11,588 nucleotides of DNA from Alphaproteobacteria bacterium (GTDB lineage Bacteria > Pseudomonadota > Alphaproteobacteria > BOG-932 > Roseiterribacteraceae): NCBI GenBank assembly GCA_036271255.1, contig DATBAZ010000201.1:1-11588 (forward strand), in the 5' to 3' direction. Shown here piece after piece: positions 7,011 to 11,588 of the stretch. Position 1 is the first letter of the stretch, and the number at the start of each line of letters is the position of its first letter. Below the pieces are notes generated by a model, which was not told the DNA's origin, made no database searches, and saw only the letters and a program-made list of their open reading frames with translations. Position numbers and translations under genes: made by a program.

Positions 7011-7029
7011 ACCACCTCAAGGATCGCCG

Positions 7030-7602
7030 ATGCCCAAGCCCCGCCTTCTCGGCATTTCCGGATCCTTACGCAAAGCCTCCGCCAACACCGCGATCCTGAA
7101 AGCCCTGGCCGAGACGGTCGCCGACAAGGCGACGCTGGAAATCTTCCCGCTCCACGACCTGCCGCTCTACAATCAGGACATCGACGTCGAGCCCTGGCCT
7201 GCGGCTGTCACCGTGCTCCGTGAGGCCATCGCCGCCGCTGACGGCGTGATCATCTCGTCCCCCGAATATAATTACGGCATGTCGGGTGTGCTCAAGAACG
7301 CGCTCGACTGGGCCTCGCGCCCCTACGGCAAGGCCAAGCTGACCGGAAAGCCGGTGCTGACCGTCACCGCCTCGGTCGCCTCGACCGGCGGCGTGCGCGC
7401 CCAGCTTCAGCTCAACGAAACCCTGACCGCCATCGCCGCCCTGGTCGTGTTGCGTCCGCAATCGGTGATTGGCTCGGTCCTCCAGAAGATGACCGACGGC
7501 AAATTCACCGACGAAACCTCGCTCAAGTTCCTCGCCGCCGCCGTCGACGACCTGCTCCGCGACATCGCCAAGACCCAGGCGGTGATCAAGCAGGAGAGTT
7601 GA
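7030..7602 (+). CDS. NAD(P)H-dependent FMN reductase (flavodoxin-like fold; SsuE/ChrR/YieF/ArsH superfamily). 190 aa.
   Basis: LLGISGSLRKAS...AIL N-terminal motif and the SPEYNYGMSGVLKNALDW motif match the NADPH-dependent FMN reductase family (PF03358-type). AAGGA SD with 6-nt spacing before ATG 7030. TGA at 7600-7602. Confidence 0.85.
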   Translation: MPKPRLLGISGSLRKASANTAILKALAETVADKATLEIFPLHDLPLYNQDIDVEPWPAAVTVLREAIAAADGVIISSPEYNYGMSGVLKNALDWASRPYGKAKLTGKPVLTVTASVASTGGVRAQLQLNETLTAIAALVVLRPQSVIGSVLQKMTDGKFTDETSLKFLAAAVDDLLRDIAKTQAVIKQES

Positions 7603-7688
7603 CAGAATAAATCATCCGCGCGCGTTCGATTCTTGACCGGCCACCGGATTCCCGTCACCATCCCGGCAACAATTTCAGGGAGGACAGG

Positions 7689-8666
7689 ATGCGTGCGTGG
7701 CAGGTCAACGGCCAGGGTGAGCCCAAGGATATTCTGAAGCAGGTCACGCTCGACCTCGCCCCGGCGGGGCCGGGGGAACTCAACTGCCATGTGACCGCCA
7801 GCGCACTGGCGCTCCCCGATGTCCTGCTCTGCCGTGGCGTCTATCCGCTGACCCCGCCCGGGGCGTTCGTGCCCGGCCTCGAATTCGTCGGCACGGTGAC
7901 CGATGCCGGTCCCGGCACCACCATGGCGGTCGGCACCAAAGTGATGGGCGTCGCCGCCTTCACCATGGGCCACGGCGCCTTCGCAGACAGCTGCAAGACC
8001 TATGAGATGATGGTCTATCCGGTGCCGGACGGCATGGACGACGCCGACGCTTCCGCCTTCACCATCGCCTATCACACCGCCTATATCGGCCTGCTCAGGC
8101 GCGGCAAGATGGAGGCCGGCGAGACGGTCCTGGTCCATGGCGCGGCCGGCGGCACCGGCTTCGCCGCGGTCATGCTCGCCAAGGCGCTGGGCGCCAAGGT
8201 GATCGCGACGGCCGGCGGGGCCGAGAAGGCCGCGTTCTGCCGTGAGTTGGGCGCCGATGTCGCCATCGACCACACCGCGGGCGACTGGGTGAAGGCGGTG
8301 AACGACGCCACCGGCGGGCGCGGCGTCGATGTCGTGTTCGACCCGGTCGGCGGTGAGATGTTCGAAAAATCGGTCGACTGCACCGCCCAGGAAGGGCGCC
8401 TGCTGCCGATCGGCTTCGCGTGCGGCCGCTGGGGCGAGATCCCCCTGGTGACCTTGACCTTGAAGAACATCTCGATCGTCGGTGCGCTCGCCGGCGGCTT
8501 CCCGCGCGACTACATGATGTCGATGCACAACCATCTGGTGGAGCTCTACCGGAAGGGCGCGATCAAGATGGTGATCGACCAGCGCATCGGCTTCGACGAC
8601 ATCGCCCAGGGCGTCCAGGACGTCGCCGACCGCAAGGTCCGCGGCCGCATCGTCGCCATCCACTGA
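7689..8666 (+). CDS. NADPH:quinone oxidoreductase / zinc-independent medium-chain dehydrogenase-reductase (Qor-like). 325 aa.
   Basis: GETVLVHGAAGGTGFAAVMLAKALGAKVIATAG is the MDR NAD(P)-binding Rossmann motif (GxxGxxG). The N-terminal GroES-like region (MRAWQV...GEL..V.A..L...D) follows the MDR layout. Strong SD GGGAGGA 4 nt before ATG 7689. TGA at 8664-8666. Confidence 0.85.
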   Translation: MRAWQVNGQGEPKDILKQVTLDLAPAGPGELNCHVTASALALPDVLLCRGVYPLTPPGAFVPGLEFVGTVTDAGPGTTMAVGTKVMGVAAFTMGHGAFADSCKTYEMMVYPVPDGMDDADASAFTIAYHTAYIGLLRRGKMEAGETVLVHGAAGGTGFAAVMLAKALGAKVIATAGGAEKAAFCRELGADVAIDHTAGDWVKAVNDATGGRGVDVVFDPVGGEMFEKSVDCTAQEGRLLPIGFACGRWGEIPLVTLTLKNISIVGALAGGFPRDYMMSMHNHLVELYRKGAIKMVIDQRIGFDDIAQGVQDVADRKVRGRIVAIH

Positions 8667-8907
8667 GGGGAAAGGTTCCGGAAGCCGGGTGCGCCCGTGT
8701 GCCCCCGATTCTAGTCCTGTTGCCTGCCCCGATCATGTGCAATCGGTGCATGGCCGACCGTGTCCGATAGGACATCACAGGCGGCCTATGGGGTTTAGAA
8801 TCCGGCCTGTCGTCGGCTTCGTCGTCGACGCACGCCGCCGCCTGCGGCTTCCCGGAAAAGGCGGCATCCGCCGCGGCGATCTAGACGCGGCTACATAAGG
8901 ATCGAAC

Positions 8908-10902
8908 ATGTTCGGCCTGTCGCAAGACACCCTCATCCACTATGGCGAATGGGGGGCGGCAGTTGTCATCGCGCTCTTCATCGTCATCCGCATCACCACC
9001 CGCTACATCCCCAATAATCAGGTCGGCATCGTCGAGCGGCTATGGTCGCCCAAGGGGTCGATTACCTCGGGCTTCATCGCGCTGAATGGCGAGGCCGGCT
9101 ATGAGCCTGAAGTGCTGCGCGGTGGCATCCATTTCTTCGTGCCGTTCACCTACCGCATCCACACATCGGACCTGGTGACGGTCGGCCAGGGCCGGATCGC
9201 CTATGTCTTCGCCCGTGACGGCGTGGCGCTGGCGCCGAGCCAGGTGCTGGCCGCCAATGAGAGCGACGAGACATCGGATTTCCAGAATGCCCGCAAGTTC
9301 CTGACCGGCGGCGGCCAGAAGGGCCCGCAGCGCAAGATCCTGCGTGAGGGCACCTATGCCATCAACACGACCGAGTTCGCCATCGTCACCGACGAGCGCG
9401 TCTATGGCCATGCGCTGAGCCCGCAGGAGCAGAGCATATTGGATGCGATGGCGCAGACCATCGCCGACCGTAACGGCTTCGTGCCGGTCGTGCTGGCGGC
9501 GGGCGAGGATGTCGTCGGCATCGTCACCGTGCATGACGGCCCGTCCCTGCCGTCGGGCGAGATCATCGCGCCCGAGGTCGGTTCGGACCGCGCCAGGCCG
9601 GAGACGTTCCACAACAACTTCCAGGAGCCTGAGAAATTCCTCAGCGCCGGCGGCTATCGCGGCCGCCAGCTGCAGGTGGTGACCGAGGGCACCTGGTACC
9701 TCAACCGTTTGTTCGCGACGGTGGACGAGGTGCCGAAGACGATCATTCCGGTCGGTACGGTCGGCGTCGTGGTGTTCTACACCGGCCCGCGCTCGAACGA
9801 CGTGTCGGGCGAGACCTACCGCCATGGCGAGCTGGTGAAGAACGGCTGCCGCGGCGTGTGGCAGGAGCCGCTGCTGCCCGGCAAGTACGCCTTCAACACC
9901 TTCGCCGGCAAGGTCGAGATCATCCCGACCGTCAACTTCATCCTGAAATGGATGCACGGGGAATCGGGCGCGATGAAGCTGGACGAGAACCTGTCCGAAA
10001 TCTCGCTGATCACCAAGGACGCGTTCGAGCCCACCCTGCCGCTCTCGGTCGTCATGCATATCGACTACAAGAAGGCGCCGATGATCATTCAGCGCTTCGG
10101 CGACGTGAAGAAGCTGGTCGAGCAGACCTTGGACCCGATGGTCAGCGCCTTCTTCAAGAATGTCGGCCAGAAGATGACCTTGATCGAGCTGCTGCAGAAC
10201 CGCGCCGCGATCCAGGAGGAATCGCTGGCCGAGATGAAGCAGAAGTTCGCCGGCTATTCGCTCGAGCTGCAGGAGGTGCTGATCGGCACGCCGCGCGCCT
10301 CGGCCGGCGACCGGACGATCGAGGACATACTGGTCCAGCTCCGCTCACGCCAGGTCGCGCGCGAGCAGATCGAGACCTACAAGGAGCAAGAGAAGGCGGC
10401 GACGCAGGAGCGCACCTTGAATGAAGCCAAGGCGACTGCCGCGGCCCAGCTGGCGCTGACCCAGTCGGCCATCCAGGTCCAGGTGCACCAGAACGAGGGC
10501 GCCGCGGCACTGGCCCGGGCGCAGAAAGATGCCGAGACGGTGAAGGTGACCGCGGCGGCGGCCGGCGAGCGCGCCCGGCTGGAAGGCCAGGGCGAGGCCG
10601 ACAAGGTGCTGGCGATCGGTACCGCCAACGCCCAGGCGACCAAGCTGTCGGTCGACGCCTATGGCGGCCCGGAATATCGCCTGGCGGAGCAGAACTTCGC
10701 CAAGTTCGCCGAGGCCCTGACCCGTATCCAGCAGCCGATCGTGCCGCAATTCCTGATGTCGGGCAGCGGCGCCCCGGCTGAGGGCAGCAGCGCCGGGCTG
10801 ATCCCCACGGCAATGCTGAGCTCGATGTTCGGCCAGATGATGCCCCAGGCCCTGGAACGCCTGAAGGATCAGGCTCCGGCGGCCAACGGCAGGGCGCAGT
10901 AA
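8908..10902 (+). CDS. Flotillin / SPFH (band-7) family membrane-scaffold protein, YqiK-like. 664 aa, with one N-terminal TM helix and a C-terminal Ala/Glu-rich coiled coil.
   Basis: TM helix WGAAVVIALFIVIRITTRYI at the N-terminus. SPFH core blocks (GGIHFFVPFTYRIHTSDLV ... LSEISLITKDAFEPTLPLSVVMHIDYK) resemble E. coli YqiK (PIFHEIIPIN ... SLITKDRMRVDVVVAFFVRV). A long EA-rich coiled coil (AKATAAAQLALTQSAIQVQ...) and a flotillin-type C-terminal tail follow. AAGGA SD 6 nt before ATG 8908; TAA at 10900-10902. The large internal insertion is described in the findings. Confidence 0.8.
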   Translation: MFGLSQDTLIHYGEWGAAVVIALFIVIRITTRYIPNNQVGIVERLWSPKGSITSGFIALNGEAGYEPEVLRGGIHFFVPFTYRIHTSDLVTVGQGRIAYVFARDGVALAPSQVLAANESDETSDFQNARKFLTGGGQKGPQRKILREGTYAINTTEFAIVTDERVYGHALSPQEQSILDAMAQTIADRNGFVPVVLAAGEDVVGIVTVHDGPSLPSGEIIAPEVGSDRARPETFHNNFQEPEKFLSAGGYRGRQLQVVTEGTWYLNRLFATVDEVPKTIIPVGTVGVVVFYTGPRSNDVSGETYRHGELVKNGCRGVWQEPLLPGKYAFNTFAGKVEIIPTVNFILKWMHGESGAMKLDENLSEISLITKDAFEPTLPLSVVMHIDYKKAPMIIQRFGDVKKLVEQTLDPMVSAFFKNVGQKMTLIELLQNRAAIQEESLAEMKQKFAGYSLELQEVLIGTPRASAGDRTIEDILVQLRSRQVAREQIETYKEQEKAATQERTLNEAKATAAAQLALTQSAIQVQVHQNEGAAALARAQKDAETVKVTAAAAGERARLEGQGEADKVLAIGTANAQATKLSVDAYGGPEYRLAEQNFAKFAEALTRIQQPIVPQFLMSGSGAPAEGSSAGLIPTAMLSSMFGQMMPQALERLKDQAPAANGRAQ

Positions 10903-10909
10903 GGAAGGA

Positions 10910-10937
10910 GGCGGCGCTGAAAGGCGCCGCCTTTTTT
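10910..10937 (+). terminator. Rho-independent terminator after the flotillin gene. Possibly weakly bidirectional.
   Basis: Perfect 8-bp GC stem GGCGGCGC (10910-10917), loop TGAAAG, GCGCCGCC (10924-10931), then TTTTTT (10932-10937). It starts 8 nt after the flotillin stop. The T-run overlaps the TAA stop (10938..10936) of the convergent CPBP gene. Minus-strand transcripts would end in the less U-rich UCCUUCCUUA. Confidence 0.85.
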
Positions 10938-11588
10938 ATGAAGAATTCGGCCCGCTCATCGTGAACAGCAGCAGGTCCGAGAAATTCAGCGCGGCGTGCA
11001 TCGCCATGGGGACGAGAAGAGAGCCGGTGCGGGCGCGGGCGGTGCCGAACAGGATGCCGGTCAAGGCGATGAAGCCCATGCCGTAGAGATTGTATTGAAG
11101 GTGCATCGCGGCCCACAGGATCGCGGTCAGCACCACCGTGCCGCCGGTGCCTAGGAAGCTCGCCTGAAAGCCGCGGAACAGCAGGCCGCGGAACATCACC
11201 TCCTCGAACAGCGGCGCGGCCAGGACGGCGGCGATCCAGAACAGCCAGGCCGGATGGGTGGATTGGAACAGCTTCACCATGCTGTCGCCGCCCAGATCGA
11301 TTCCGGTCAGCTCCCCGATCAGGTCCGCGAGGATCATGAAGGCCACCAGGACGCCCATCCATTTGAACAGCGTGCGCAGGCGCACCTCATGGAAGGCCAG
11401 GTAGTCCTTGAACGGCTGGCCCTTGATCAGCACGATCAGCAGGATCGCGGCGACCGAGAGCAGGTTCGAGATAATGACGGTCGTGAAAATCACGCCGCCG
11501 CGCGAGCCTTCGTACAGCGCCACCTGAACGAAATATTGCGGCGACAGGTGGCTGACCCAGCCGCGCCCGATGAGGTCGACAAAGGCGA
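10936..11588 (-). CDS. CPBP-family (CAAX protease / Abi, PF02517) intramembrane glutamic metalloprotease. Partial: the N-terminus lies beyond the right edge.
   Basis: The three signature motifs are present in order. Motif 1 is EEVMFRGLLF (EExxxR). Motif 2 is WAAMHL (FxxxH-type). Motif 3 is HAALNF (HxxxN). Several TM segments are present. The frame is open from 11523 to the window end (..AFVDLIGRGWVSHLSPQYFVQVALYEG..), so the GTG at 11523 given by the ORF track is probably internal. TAA at 10938..10936. Confidence 0.8.
   Translation of the reverse strand, partial: AFVDLIGRGWVSHLSPQYFVQVALYEGSRGGVIFTTVIISNLLSVAAILLIVLIKGQPFKDYLAFHEVRLRTLFKWMGVLVAFMILADLIGELTGIDLGGDSMVKLFQSTHPAWLFWIAAVLAAPLFEEVMFRGLLFRGFQASFLGTGGTVVLTAILWAAMHLQYNLYGMGFIALTGILFGTARARTGSLLVPMAMHAALNFSDLLLFTMSGPNSS

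Noticed and set aside
6599-7099. 166-aa plus-strand ORF spanning the intergenic region.
   Set aside because: It begins inside the ACAD 3' end and ends inside the FMN-reductase gene, out of frame with both. It is Pro/Arg/Gly-rich and is an artefact. The 104-aa minus-strand ORF 6701..7015 likewise has no RBS and runs antisense through the better-supported 78-aa candidate.
7603-7688. Possible terminator or promoter in the 86-bp spacer between the FMN reductase and quinone oxidoreductase (CCGCGCGCG alternating tract, TTGACC at 7633-7638).
   Set aside because: There is no stem-loop followed by a T-run, so I do not call a terminator. The TTGACC hexamer lacks a recognisable -10 at 16-19 bp spacing. 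It is mentioned only as context and not called as a feature.
7407-8663. 418-aa minus-strand ORF antisense to the quinone oxidoreductase, plus 7066..7461, 8081..8470 and 8420..8770.
   Set aside because: They are antisense or off-frame to genes with clear Rossmann (GAAGGTG) and FMN-reductase motifs. They have Asp/Gly/Arg/His-rich low-complexity translation.
9040-10059. 339-aa minus-strand ORF, with nested small ORFs, antisense to the flotillin gene.
   Set aside because: They are antisense to a gene with TM, SPFH and coiled-coil architecture. The product is Arg/Asp/Gly low-complexity.
10154-11362. 402-aa minus-strand ORF spanning the flotillin 3' end, the terminator and the CPBP gene in another frame.
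   Set aside because: It crosses a strong intrinsic terminator. It is extremely Pro/Arg/Ser-rich (RRPRRAACRSAPPAARANSRR). The CPBP frame carries all three catalytic motifs, so this frame is spurious.
1-11588. Search for mobile elements, CRISPR arrays, tRNA/rRNA genes or defence-island signatures.
   Set aside because: I found no direct repeats of 25-40 bp with regular spacing, no tRNA-like cloverleaf candidates, no transposase/integrase/recombinase-like ORFs and no inverted terminal repeats. GC is uniform apart from short promoter-like dips. The window looks like a native chromosomal locus rather than a horizontally acquired island.

Overview
This is a high-GC (~67%) proteobacterial chromosomal segment that looks like core or accessory metabolism. 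I see no rRNA, tRNA, CRISPR array, IS element or integrase. The genes fall into five blocks.

1. A minus-strand, apparently co-transcribed catabolic cluster at 1-5418. It encodes an LhgO-family FAD oxidoreductase, a large acyl-CoA dehydrogenase, a short ACAD-family subunit (ATGA start/stop overlap), an exported CDP-diacylglycerol pyrophosphatase Cdh (GTGA overlap), and a class I/II PLP aminotransferase. A partial SMP-30/gluconolactonase-like gene runs off the left edge.
2. A divergently transcribed ACAD at 5466-6653, separated from that cluster by only 47 bp. It has Asp at the canonical catalytic-Glu position.
3. A lower-GC intergenic region holding a candidate 78-aa ORF, then an NAD(P)H-dependent FMN reductase and an MDR-family NADPH:quinone oxidoreductase.
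4. A 664-aa N-terminally anchored flotillin/SPFH (YqiK-like) protein. Its SPFH domain is interrupted by a ~250-aa insertion made of three tandem repeat units.
5. A strong rho-independent terminator, followed by a convergent CPBP-family (CAAX/Abi) intramembrane protease that runs off the right edge.

The many long Arg/Pro-rich ORFs in the six-frame track are antisense or off-frame artefacts of the GC-rich coding sequence. The most notable items are the tight coupling of an exported Cdh to a heteromeric-looking ACAD pair and the repeat-expanded flotillin.
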